NCBI GenBank assembly: GCA_016873675.1
Contig: VGWG01000006.1
Location: 1,200 to 65,199 of the forward strand
DNA: 64,000 bases
Source of the DNA: Lentisphaerota bacterium
GTDB lineage: Bacteria; Verrucomicrobiota; Kiritimatiellia; RFP12; JAAYNR01
Direction of reading: 5' to 3'
In this document: piece after piece, positions 19,498-28,663 of the stretch
Layout of the letters: every line of letters begins with the position of its first letter
Position numbering within the stretch: the first letter of the stretch is position 1
Notes under the pieces: generated by a model
Seen by the model: the letters and a program-made list of their open reading frames with translations, nothing else
Told to the model about the DNA's origin: nothing
Databases searched by the model: none
Program-made: the position numbers and the translations under genes

Positions 19498-20289
19498 ATG
19501 ACAACAATCGCCATCCTCGGCGCGGCCGGACGCATGGGTCAGATGCTGATCCGCTGCGCCGCGCGCCTGCCTGAACTGCGCGTGACCGGCGCCTGCGAAC
19601 GGGCGGGGCATCCCGCGCTCGGCCAAGACGCCGGCCAGATCGCCGGGACCGGCCCGCTCGGCGTCGTCCTCGCCGATGCCTGGCCCGCCGACTCCGACGT
19701 CGTGATCGACTTCACCTTTCACACGGCCGTTGCAGCCAATCTGGCCAGCGCCGTCGCCCGTCGCCAAGCCGTGGTGCTCGGCACCACCGGACTCAGCGAT
19801 GACGATAAACAGCGCGTTGCCGATGCCGCGCAGACTATTCCCATTGTCTTTGCGCCTAACTTCAGCCTGGGCGTCAACCTCCTGCTCGATCTCGTCCGCC
19901 GCGCCGCCACCGTGCTCGGCCCCGCCTACGATGCCGAGATTGTGGAGATGCACCACCGGCTGAAAAAGGACGCCCCCAGCGGCACCGCACTCGGCCTCGC
20001 CGAGGCCCTGGCGGCGGGGCGCGGCGTGGATCTGAAGGATGTTGCCACCTATGGTCGCGAGGGGATCGTCGGCGAGCGTCCACGCGGCGAGATCGGCATT
20101 CACGCCGTCCGCGGCGGCGACGTCATCGGCGACCACACCGTCCTTTTCGCCGCCGACGGCGAACGGGTTGAGCTCACCCACAAGGCCACCTCGCGCGAAT
20201 CCTTCGCCAACGGCGCGCTGCATGCAGCCCTCTGGCTTCCCGGCAAACCGGCCGGACGTTACTCCATGCGGGATGTCCTGGGCCTGTGA
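19498..20289 (+). CDS. dapB: 4-hydroxy-tetrahydrodipicolinate reductase
   Basis: N-terminal Rossmann IAILGAAGRMG and DapB core. Directly follows dapA. Confidence 0.9.
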   Translation: MTTIAILGAAGRMGQMLIRCAARLPELRVTGACERAGHPALGQDAGQIAGTGPLGVVLADAWPADSDVVIDFTFHTAVAANLASAVARRQAVVLGTTGLSDDDKQRVADAAQTIPIVFAPNFSLGVNLLLDLVRRAATVLGPAYDAEIVEMHHRLKKDAPSGTALGLAEALAAGRGVDLKDVATYGREGIVGERPRGEIGIHAVRGGDVIGDHTVLFAADGERVELTHKATSRESFANGALHAALWLPGKPAGRYSMRDVLGL

Positions 20290-20328
20290 ACGCGCGGCCG
20301 GGCGTCCGGCAGTCGCCTGCCTTCCTCC

Positions 20329-20862
20329 ATGACCTGTGAATCCATTCTCTCCCTCGGCAGCAACCTGGGCGACCGGCTCGGCTGGTTGGAGACCGCCCGC
20401 GCCGCCCTTGCGGCGCTGCCCGGGACGCGCCTGACCGCCTCCTCGCGGGTCTACGAAACCGAGCCGGTGGACGTCCCCGAGGCGTGGCGCGCCCAGAGCT
20501 TTCTCAACGCCGTGGTGGTGGTCGAGACCTCCCTCGCGGTGGAGGTTTTCTCGGACGCGATCCATGCGATCGAGGCCACGCTGGGCCGCACCCGCGGCCC
20601 CGAGCGTCATGCGCCCCGGACGATTGACATCGACATCCTCTCCTTCGGCGATCTCATCTCAGACCGTCCCGGCCTGCGCCTCCCCCATCCCGGCTGGGCG
20701 CGCCGACGCTTCGTTTGCGAGCCTCTTGCCGATGTCCGCCCCGATCTCGTCCTTCCCGGACAGACCCGCCCCGTCTGCGCTATCCTGGCCGCGCTTCCCC
20801 CTGAACCCGCCGCCATCCCCGCCGCCCGGCAATGGGAGGGGGAAGAGAAAGCTGAAAACTGA
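20329..20862 (+). CDS. folK: 2-amino-4-hydroxy-6-hydroxymethyldihydropteridine diphosphokinase (HPPK)
   Basis: ILSLGSNLGDR ... RTIDIDILSFGD ... LPHPGWARRRFV motifs. Confidence 0.85.
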   Translation: MTCESILSLGSNLGDRLGWLETARAALAALPGTRLTASSRVYETEPVDVPEAWRAQSFLNAVVVVETSLAVEVFSDAIHAIEATLGRTRGPERHAPRTIDIDILSFGDLISDRPGLRLPHPGWARRRFVCEPLADVRPDLVLPGQTRPVCAILAALPPEPAAIPAARQWEGEEKAEN

Positions 20863-20959
20863 AAAGACTCAAACAACTCAAACAATTATTCGAAGGCTGG
20901 ACAAGTTCGCGGGAACGTGCAACACTTCTGAAATTCGTTTTGGGAATAAGGAGTCGGGG

Positions 20960-22216
20960 ATGAGAACAGACATGAGGCGGAATTGGGCGATCCTGTGCGC
21001 GATCGCGATCCTCGGCACGACGGCGGCGTCGGCGGCGTCGGACTGGGCTCAATTCCGGGGTCCGAACCGGGACGGAAAGGCCGCGGACGGCCCCGCGTTG
21101 CTGAAAACCTGGCCGGAGGGCGGGCCGAAGCAACTGTGGGTCAATGACACGCTGGGCGACGGATTTACATCGGCCACGGTGACGGACACCGCCATTTACA
21201 TCACAGGCATGAAGGGCAAAGAGGGATTCCTCTACGCGCTGGATCTGGATGGCAAGCAGATCTGGGCGGTCTCCTACGGGCGGGACTGGGAAGGCGGCTA
21301 CCGCGGATCGCGCACGACGCCAACTTTTCGCGCGGGCAAGCTCTACCTCATGAGCGGCTACGGCCGGGCGACCTGTCATGACGCAAAGACCGGCCGGGAG
21401 ATCTGGGCGGTGGACACGATGGCAAAATTCGGCGCCCGCAACATTCAGTGGGGCATCACCGAGTCGCCGCTCGTGCTCGATGACCGGGTGATCGTCACGC
21501 CCGGCGGCCCGAAGGCCGGGATGGTGGCGCTCCATCCCGAGACGGGCGAGACGGTCTGGGTCTGCTCGGAACTCGGCGATTCCTCGGGCTATTGCTCGCC
21601 GATCCTCATCGAGCGGGGCGGGCGGAAGATCATCGCGCAGCTCATGAACACGACGTTCGTCGGCATCGAGGCCACCACCGGTAAGCTCCTGTGGCGCGAA
21701 CCGCGCCAGCCGGCCCCGGCGCACGGCATTCAGGCGGTCTCGCCCGTTTATGCGGACGGCCGGTGCTATGTCACCTCCGGCTATGGCGGCGAGCGTGGCG
21801 AGATGTTCCAGTTGAGCGAAGACGGCTCCAGCGCGAAGTCGGTCTGGCGCGAGGCGCAACTCGACTGTCATCATGGCGGACTGGTTCTCCTGAACGGCTT
21901 TATTTACGGGGCGGCCGACCGCAACAAACGCAACCAATGGCTGTGCCTGAAGCTGGAGACCGGCGAGGTTGTCGCCAAGACCGGCGCGGTCGGCAAGGGG
22001 TCGATCGTGTTTGCCGACGGCCTGCTGTACACGCTGGGTGAGCAGGGAATGATGGGGCTGGTCGATCCCGACACCACTAACTTCCGCATGGTTTCGTCGT
22101 TCAAGATTCCTTCTGGCGGCAGCGGGCCCTACTGGGCCCATCCGTCGATCGCAAACGGCCGTCTCTACGTCCGACACGCCTCCCGTCTGTTCGCCTACGA
22201 CATCCAGGCCCACTAG
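20960..22216 (+). CDS. PQQ-like beta-propeller repeat protein (BamB-like), secreted
   Basis: Signal peptide (AILCAIAILGTTAASAAS), repeated WxxxxG/beta-propeller blades, AAGGAG ribosome-binding site 7 nt upstream of ATG 20960. The long upstream ORF extension overlapping folK was rejected. Confidence 0.7.
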   Translation: MRTDMRRNWAILCAIAILGTTAASAASDWAQFRGPNRDGKAADGPALLKTWPEGGPKQLWVNDTLGDGFTSATVTDTAIYITGMKGKEGFLYALDLDGKQIWAVSYGRDWEGGYRGSRTTPTFRAGKLYLMSGYGRATCHDAKTGREIWAVDTMAKFGARNIQWGITESPLVLDDRVIVTPGGPKAGMVALHPETGETVWVCSELGDSSGYCSPILIERGGRKIIAQLMNTTFVGIEATTGKLLWREPRQPAPAHGIQAVSPVYADGRCYVTSGYGGERGEMFQLSEDGSSAKSVWREAQLDCHHGGLVLLNGFIYGAADRNKRNQWLCLKLETGEVVAKTGAVGKGSIVFADGLLYTLGEQGMMGLVDPDTTNFRMVSSFKIPSGGSGPYWAHPSIANGRLYVRHASRLFAYDIQAH

Positions 22217-22287
22217 TCAGTGGACGGTTTTAAGCCGGCGCTGCGGCCCCGATCACCTGTCCGCTCACGGCGCAACGAAGGCTGTTG

Positions 22288-23310
22288 ATGAGCAAGAAAA
22301 ACACCTCGTTTTCCATCTGGCGGCGCATCGCCACGTTTCTCATGCTGGCGCTGGCTGCGGGCCTGATTGGCGCCAATTGGTTTGTCCATGAGCCGCGCGC
22401 ATGGCGCGAGAAACAGACGGCCTCGTGGCCCGCGCCCATCGTCCAGACGGTGGAGAACCTGGGCCATGCCTTTGCCGATTACACCGACGCCCTCGGGCTG
22501 AGCGGCAGCGATGTGTCGGTGGATCTGCCGGTGTTCACCCCTCCCAACGGCGTCGCCTTCGGCGGCCTTCCCGTGCCGATCCCCGGCGGGGCGGCGCGCA
22601 CGGATGTCGTGATCCTCCAGAAGCAAACCTTCATGCTCGGCTGGTCGCCATCGCTCCGGCATGCCGTGTGGGCCGCCTACCGCGTATCGCCCACCCAGAC
22701 GCCGCTGGATCTGATGCGCCCCTCGTCCTTTTCTCAGGACACGGCAGCCCGTAATGCCCCGCGGTCCGCCGATTACGCGCGCAGCGGCTATGACCGCGGC
22801 CACCTCGTCCCCAACCATGCCATCGCCTCCCGGTTCGGCAAAAAGGCTCAGGTCGAGACCTTTCTCACATCCAATATTGCCCCACAACGCCCGGCGTTGA
22901 ACCAAGGACCGTGGGCCGATGTGGAACGGCGCATCGCGGACGATTGGCCCGACCGTTTCGGCGATATCTGGGTGATTGTCGGAACCATCTCCCCTCAGCA
23001 ACGGCAGACGCTCGCCGCCGGCATCAACATTCCGACCGCCTTCTACCAGATCGTCGTCGCCCGCCACGCCGACCGCGTGCGCGCCTTTGCCGTGGTCATG
23101 CCTCAGCGGATCTCCCGCCTCGCCCGTCCGCGGGTCACGCTCGCCACCATCGACGAGATCGAACAGCTCAGCGGGTTTGATTTTCTATCGGCCCTGCCCG
23201 ACGAGGAAGAGACGGCGCTCGAGGCCGGTCGGCCCACACGCCTCTGGCCTTCCGGGTTCCGCAGCGTCGTCTCGATCATCAGACGGCGTCTCGGCGTGTA
23301 TTCGAACTGA
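22288..23310 (+). CDS. DNA/RNA non-specific endonuclease (Serratia NucA/EndoG family)
   Basis: Active-site DRGHLVPN motif and an N-terminal TM/signal segment. Confidence 0.8.
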   Translation: MSKKNTSFSIWRRIATFLMLALAAGLIGANWFVHEPRAWREKQTASWPAPIVQTVENLGHAFADYTDALGLSGSDVSVDLPVFTPPNGVAFGGLPVPIPGGAARTDVVILQKQTFMLGWSPSLRHAVWAAYRVSPTQTPLDLMRPSSFSQDTAARNAPRSADYARSGYDRGHLVPNHAIASRFGKKAQVETFLTSNIAPQRPALNQGPWADVERRIADDWPDRFGDIWVIVGTISPQQRQTLAAGINIPTAFYQIVVARHADRVRAFAVVMPQRISRLARPRVTLATIDEIEQLSGFDFLSALPDEEETALEAGRPTRLWPSGFRSVVSIIRRRLGVYSN

Positions 23311-23313
23311 CGT

Positions 23314-25221
23314 TCAGATCCATTCAATTCGAGCCAGCGGCTGCCCCTTGGAGACGGAGTCCCCGTGTTGGGCGAGGAACGCCACGATCCGGCACGTCTT
23401 GGCCGCCTTGATCGGATTCATCAGCTTCATCGCCTCGACAATGCAGACGGGCGCACCGGCCTCGACGACGGCGCCGTCGTCCGCCAGATGGGGCTTGCCC
23501 GGCGCAGACGTGCGGTAAAACGTGCCGGTCAGCGGCGCGTTGATCGTCGGCCCGGTCGCGACGGCGGTCGCAGGGGCCGCAGCCGCTGCAGCAGGCGCCG
23601 GTGCGGCAGTGACGACGGTGGCGCGTTCTTCAATCACGACTCCCGATCCGACCGCCACGCCGAGATGGCCGAAGAGATTGGCCATCAGCCGTCCGATTTG
23701 CGCATGACGGATGGTTTCGCTATCGTGCGCCGCCTGAGACGATACAGCCTGAGCAGCCGCCTCGGCTTTGGGCGCAGTCTTGGCTGTGATCTCGGCATCG
23801 GCCGGAGACGGCGGGCGCGACCCCTCGGGGAGGGCGCGCCACTTGAAGTAGCCGAGCGCGACCTCGGGGAAGAGGCAGTAGCTGAGGATGTCCTCTTCGG
23901 CCTGAATCAGCTTCGAATCCAGCTCTTTGGCCGCCTGCGGCAGCATCGGAGGCAGGAGGTCGGCCGGGCGGACCGTGACCGGCTTCGCGCCGGCGAGGAT
24001 GAGTTGGGCCAGTTTGGGTTCGATCGGCGCGGGCGGTTGGCCGTAGAGTCCCCCGACGTAGTCCCGGGTTTCCTGGGTCACCATGCCGTAGCGCTCGCCG
24101 CTCAAGACGTTGAGCACGGCCTGAACGCCGACAATCTGGCTGGTGGGGGTAACCAGCGGGGGGTAGCCCATGTCCTGGCGCGTGCGCGGCAATTCCTCCA
24201 GCACCTCGGGCAGGCGGTCCAGGGCATCCTGCTGCTGCAATTGCGACCGCAGGTTGGAGATCATGCCACCCGGAACATGGTGCAGCAGCACATCGACATC
24301 CACCACTTCGATCGCCGCATGGCTCGGTTCGCGCGCAGGTTTCAATTTCCGGAAATGGGTGTTCTCGCGATCCACGGCCTCGAGGTCCAGGCCCGTCTCA
24401 TAACCGGCCGACTCGAACACCTCGGCGAGCGTCTCCACCGCCGGCTGAGAGGAAAAGCCCGACATCGTCGCGACGCAGCAGTCCACCGCGCCTGCGCCAG
24501 CCCGGACGGCCTCGTAATAGGTCGCCACCGCCATGCCGCTGGTCATGTGCGAATGCACCTGGACCGGCAAGCCAGTCTCCCGGACCAGCGCGCCGATCAA
24601 CTCGGCCGCAGCGGCGGGCGAGAGGATGCCCGCCATGTCCTTGATGCAGAGCGAATCGATCCCCATAGCCTGCTGGGTTTTGGCGATTGCGACAAAGTTG
24701 GCGACGGTGTGCACCGGGCTGACGGTGTAGCAGAGCGTGCCCTGGGCGTGCCCGCCGTTCTTCTTGACCGCAGCGATGGCATGCTCCAGGTTGCGCGTGT
24801 CGTTGAGCGCATCAAAGATGCGGAAGATGTCCATGCCGTTGGCGCAGGCGAGGGCAACAAAGCGTTCGAGCACGTCGTCAGCATAATTCCGGTAGCCGAG
24901 GATATTCTGGCCCCGGAGGAGCATTTGCAACGGCGTCTTTTTGCAGACCGACTTGATCTGGCGCAGGCGCTCCCAGGGGTTTTCTCTGAGAAACCGGAGG
25001 CAGACGTCAAACGTGGCGCCGCCCCAGCATTCGAGGGAGTAATAGCCGGCGCGGTCAATCGTCTCGGCGATCCCCAGGATGTCGTCGGTGCGCATTCGCG
25101 TCGCCCACAAGGACTGGTGCGCGTCACGCAGCGTCGTGTCGGTAATTCGCACGCGGGGTTTGACAACGGCCGAGGCTGCCGACTGGGGTTGCGGATGGCG
25201 CTTTTTGTGTGCATCATTCAT
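23314..25221 (-). CDS. Pyruvate carboxylase subunit B / oxaloacetate decarboxylase alpha subunit (carboxyltransferase plus C-terminal biotinyl domain)
   Basis: VRITDTTLRDAHQSL TIM-barrel carboxyltransferase N-terminus. C-terminal biotin-attachment motif EAMKLMN. Confidence 0.85.
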   Translation of the reverse strand: MNDAHKKRHPQPQSAASAVVKPRVRITDTTLRDAHQSLWATRMRTDDILGIAETIDRAGYYSLECWGGATFDVCLRFLRENPWERLRQIKSVCKKTPLQMLLRGQNILGYRNYADDVLERFVALACANGMDIFRIFDALNDTRNLEHAIAAVKKNGGHAQGTLCYTVSPVHTVANFVAIAKTQQAMGIDSLCIKDMAGILSPAAAAELIGALVRETGLPVQVHSHMTSGMAVATYYEAVRAGAGAVDCCVATMSGFSSQPAVETLAEVFESAGYETGLDLEAVDRENTHFRKLKPAREPSHAAIEVVDVDVLLHHVPGGMISNLRSQLQQQDALDRLPEVLEELPRTRQDMGYPPLVTPTSQIVGVQAVLNVLSGERYGMVTQETRDYVGGLYGQPPAPIEPKLAQLILAGAKPVTVRPADLLPPMLPQAAKELDSKLIQAEEDILSYCLFPEVALGYFKWRALPEGSRPPSPADAEITAKTAPKAEAAAQAVSSQAAHDSETIRHAQIGRLMANLFGHLGVAVGSGVVIEERATVVTAAPAPAAAAAAPATAVATGPTINAPLTGTFYRTSAPGKPHLADDGAVVEAGAPVCIVEAMKLMNPIKAAKTCRIVAFLAQHGDSVSKGQPLARIEWI

Positions 25222-25406
25222 AAACGTGTGTTCTCCACTTCCCCGGACGGCCTTCCGATCTCAAGGGAAAGGTTTAAGTATGCCATGGTTTCTGATTCTT
25301 ATCAAGAGACAGATCGTGTTTGGACGTAATCAGTTACCATCGGTTCCCAGAGGTACCAGAAGATTGACGGGTTAGGGTCATTGATGATACCTTACCCCGC
25401 ACAGTC

Positions 25407-26213
25407 ATGAACACAGCCTTTTCAATAGAGACCCTCAAACAACTGACATCCCGATTGTCGGTGCCCCAGCGTTTGGAGATTCAGACGGTTCTGCGCATCC
25501 TTCAGGATGTCAATCTGGCAGGCAAGGCGTGTCTCGACATTGGCTTCGGCACGCCGGTTGCGTCGCGGGTGGTGCGGACAGCCGGCGGCTATTGGACGTC
25601 CGTCGTGCGTCATGCGGGTGAGGTTGGGACGGCGGCGGCGTTTCTGGACGAAGAGGTCGCGGCGCCCGGTCCGACGGGCGAACTGCCCTTTGAGGACAAG
25701 CAATTCGACGTGGTGGTGGTTGGCCATGGTTGTCTGACGGGTGATCCGGCCGCTGACGCCATCGCCCTGCGCGAGTGCCATCGCATCCTGAAGATCGGCG
25801 GGTTGATCGTGCTCACCGTCGAATTCAAGAAGCCGATCGGAATCGCCTACCTGCTCAACGGACGCCGGCTGGTGTCGCGCACCGGCGGGTGCTACTCCGA
25901 AGGCGCCATGTTTGATTTGATGAAGAGCGGTTTTGACGTGCTTGGCATGCGCCATTTCTGCCGTTTCTGGGTGCAACTGGTGCGGCAGTGGGCCGATCGG
26001 CGGCAGCGGCAATACGGCGAACATGACACGCGGCTCTCGCTGACGAGCATCCTCTATCCGCTGGCAGCGGGCTTGGATTTTCCGCTTTTCGGGTTCCGGG
26101 GCTATCTGCTCACGGCCTGTGGCCGGCGAAAGGGCTGGCGTCCGCGCGAGAAGCCGACCTTGAGCGATGGACGCAGCATTCAGGAGTGTGTGCTGCATGG
26201 CCTTGCGCGCTGA
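25407..26213 (+). CDS. Class I SAM-dependent methyltransferase
   Basis: Motif I-like LDIGFGTP, then DVVVVGH ... ILKIGGLIVL. Divergent from the carboxylase gene across an AT-richer intergenic region. Confidence 0.6.
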   Translation: MNTAFSIETLKQLTSRLSVPQRLEIQTVLRILQDVNLAGKACLDIGFGTPVASRVVRTAGGYWTSVVRHAGEVGTAAAFLDEEVAAPGPTGELPFEDKQFDVVVVGHGCLTGDPAADAIALRECHRILKIGGLIVLTVEFKKPIGIAYLLNGRRLVSRTGGCYSEGAMFDLMKSGFDVLGMRHFCRFWVQLVRQWADRRQRQYGEHDTRLSLTSILYPLAAGLDFPLFGFRGYLLTACGRRKGWRPREKPTLSDGRSIQECVLHGLAR

Positions 26214-26226
26214 GGCGCGTCCAACG

Positions 26227-27321
26227 ATGGAGCGGAAGATGGGAACAACCCGAGCGGTGCGGGCCGACAGTTGGCCGGACGCATGTGATTATGATGTTCC
26301 CGAAGGCACGCTGGAAGTCCGCACCGCTGTTTCCGAGGCGTCCGTGTTGCCGGTCCGCTCCCAGGCGGCGGCCGACCCGTGGGTCGCCCGGTTCCTGGCG
26401 CACCTGGCTGCGGAACGGAATCTCTCGGGGCACACGGTGGCGGGCTATCTGCAGGACGTCGGTCAGTTCACGGCATTCGTCTGGCCCGGCGAGGCCGAAC
26501 TCCCGCCGTACCGCTGGGCATCGCCCGACCGGACGCTGGCACGGCAATTCCTGGTCGCCTTCCATCGCGCGGGATGCGCGCCAGCCACGACCCGGCGCAA
26601 GCTCGCCGCGTTGCGGACGTTCTACCGCTTTCTCATACGCGAAGGATTGCTCGGAAAGAATCCCTTCTCCGGCCTGCGCGGTCCGCGGCGGACGCACGGC
26701 CTGCCGGTCGTCCTCAACGAAGGCCAGGTCGCGTCGCTCCTGGCCGCGCCGCTGCGAGAACTCGACACGCTGCAGGCCCGCGCGGCCGGAGGGATGCCCC
26801 CTGAAGCCGTTTACGCGCGGCTGCGGGACGCCGCGCTGCTGGAGGTTCTCTACAGCACCGGGGGGCGGGTGGCCGAGGTGGCGGAGCTGCGGATCGACCG
26901 GGTGGATCTGGCCGGCGGTGTAGCGCGCCTGCACGGAAAAGGGCGCAAGGAACGGCTGAGCGTGCTGGGACGCCCGGCACGCGCCGCGCTGGGCCGCGCG
27001 CTGGAATTCGCTGATCGCCTCTGGCCGAACGCGGCTGCCCGTGATGGTGTGCTCTTCCGCAACCTGCAGGGTGGCGTGCTGACGCCCCGATCCATCGAGC
27101 GCAACCTGAAGCACTGGCTCGCGGCTGCGGGGCTGCCGCCCGCCATCACCCCGCACAAGCTGCGCCATTCGTTTGCCACGCATTTGCTCAACGCCGGGGC
27201 GGACTTGCGCAGCGTCCAGGAGCTGCTGGGGCATGCGAGTCTCTCGACGACGCAGATTTATACCCACGTTTCGATCGAACGATTGAAAGCGGTTTATCGC
27301 AAGGCCCATCCACGGGCTTAA
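26227..27321 (+). CDS. xerC: Tyrosine recombinase XerC/XerD family
   Basis: Core-binding N-domain (FLAHLAAERNLSGHTVAGYLQD). Catalytic RHSFATHLL ... LLGHASLSTTQIYTHV with the nucleophilic Tyr. The exact start is uncertain, because the ORF-track start overlaps the methyltransferase. Confidence 0.8.
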   Translation: MERKMGTTRAVRADSWPDACDYDVPEGTLEVRTAVSEASVLPVRSQAAADPWVARFLAHLAAERNLSGHTVAGYLQDVGQFTAFVWPGEAELPPYRWASPDRTLARQFLVAFHRAGCAPATTRRKLAALRTFYRFLIREGLLGKNPFSGLRGPRRTHGLPVVLNEGQVASLLAAPLRELDTLQARAAGGMPPEAVYARLRDAALLEVLYSTGGRVAEVAELRIDRVDLAGGVARLHGKGRKERLSVLGRPARAALGRALEFADRLWPNAAARDGVLFRNLQGGVLTPRSIERNLKHWLAAAGLPPAITPHKLRHSFATHLLNAGADLRSVQELLGHASLSTTQIYTHVSIERLKAVYRKAHPRA

Positions 27322-27337
27322 ACCTTGGGGATAGGGG

Positions 27338-28663
27338 ATGGAACGCACACCCATGCGCTGGTTTATTTACAACCTATTCTTTGCGGTCGGGTACACGGCG
27401 ATGCTGCCGCACTTCCTGCTGCGGATGCGGCGGCGCGGCGGGTACCGCGCCCGGTGGCGCGACCGCTTTGGCCGTTATGACGACGCGACGCAGCGGCGCC
27501 TGCATGCGGCGGACGCGCCTCGGCGCATCTGGATTCATGCCGTGAGCGTGGGCGAGGTCTATGTGGCGGGACAGCTCATGCGCGAGCTGCGACGGCGGGC
27601 GCCCACGCTGCGCTTTGTCCTCAGCACCACCAGTTCGACCGGCTGGCGCGAAGCGGAAAAGCAGCTCGCCCCGGATGATGTGCTCATCTACAATCCGCTC
27701 GACTTCCCGGGGTGCGTGCGCCGGGCGCTCGACGCCGTCCGCCCCGAACGCTACATCCTGATCGAGTCGGAGATCTGGCCTAACCTGCTCCGCGCCTGCG
27801 CCGCGCGCGGCATTCCGGCCTATCTGGTCAACGCCCGCGTCTCCGACCGCTCGGCGCCCGGCTATCGCGCCCTCCGCGTGTGGTTCGGGCCCGTGCTGCG
27901 GAGCCTGCGGCTGATCCTGGCGCAATCCGATCTCGACCGGCAGCGACTGCTGGCGGCTGGCGCCGATCCCGAGCGGACACGGGTCGTCGGCAGCGTCAAA
28001 TTCGACGTGGCCGAACGGAACACGGAAAAGGAGGCCCTGGCGGCTGCGATTCTGGCTCGGGCGGACATGGGCAAAGATCGGGTGGTGCTCGTCGGCGGAT
28101 CGACCTGGCCGGGCGAGGAGGCCGCGCTGCTGAACCTTTACGCGCGGGCGCGGGCGTCGCAGCCCAACCTGAGGCTGGTGCTGATTCCCCGGCATTTCGA
28201 GCGCGCGGAGGCCGTCGTTGCCGAAATCGAGCAGGCCGGGTTTGTCTGCATCCGCCGCAGCCGAACGACGGCTGTGGATCGCCCCCCTGCAGACGGCGCC
28301 GCTGTACTGCTCGTCGACACCACGGGCGAGATGATGGGGTTCTACGGCAACGCCGACCTCGCGTTCGTCGGCAAGAGCCTGTGCGCGCACGGCGCGCAAA
28401 ACATGATCGAGCCGTGTCTGTGCGGCGTGGCGACGGTGGTCGGCCCCTACACCGAGAATTTTAGACCTGTGGTGGCCGACCTGCTCGCCGCCGACGCCCT
28501 CATCCAAGTTTCCGATGCGGCGGCGCTGGAGCGGGAACTGACCCATCTGGCGCACGATCCCGCTGCGCGCCGGGAACTGGGGCGCCGGGCGGCGGCGGCG
28601 GTCAACCGCCGCCGCGGCGTGGTCGGCATCTGCGCCGGGCTGCTGCTTGAACGAGAAAGATGA
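27338..28663 (+). CDS. waaA: 3-deoxy-D-manno-octulosonic acid (Kdo) transferase
   Basis: N-terminal membrane anchor, IWIHAVSVGE motif and GT-B C-terminal domain. 441 aa. Confidence 0.85.
   Translation: MERTPMRWFIYNLFFAVGYTAMLPHFLLRMRRRGGYRARWRDRFGRYDDATQRRLHAADAPRRIWIHAVSVGEVYVAGQLMRELRRRAPTLRFVLSTTSSTGWREAEKQLAPDDVLIYNPLDFPGCVRRALDAVRPERYILIESEIWPNLLRACAARGIPAYLVNARVSDRSAPGYRALRVWFGPVLRSLRLILAQSDLDRQRLLAAGADPERTRVVGSVKFDVAERNTEKEALAAAILARADMGKDRVVLVGGSTWPGEEAALLNLYARARASQPNLRLVLIPRHFERAEAVVAEIEQAGFVCIRRSRTTAVDRPPADGAAVLLVDTTGEMMGFYGNADLAFVGKSLCAHGAQNMIEPCLCGVATVVGPYTENFRPVVADLLAADALIQVSDAAALERELTHLAHDPAARRELGRRAAAAVNRRRGVVGICAGLLLERER

Noticed and set aside
25222-25406. Sigma-70-like promoter (TTGACG-17-ATACCT) for the methyltransferase gene in the AT-richer divergent intergenic region.
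   Set aside because: The -10 match is weak (3/6) and the organism's promoter consensus is unknown. Not reported as a feature.
26167-27321. XerC-like tyrosine recombinase as the integrase of a mobile element.
   Set aside because: No flanking att-like repeats, phage genes or composition shift. Its neighbours are housekeeping genes (methyltransferase, waaA). It is most consistent with the chromosomal dimer-resolution recombinase. It is also 11 kb from the repeat-bounded Wadjet segment.
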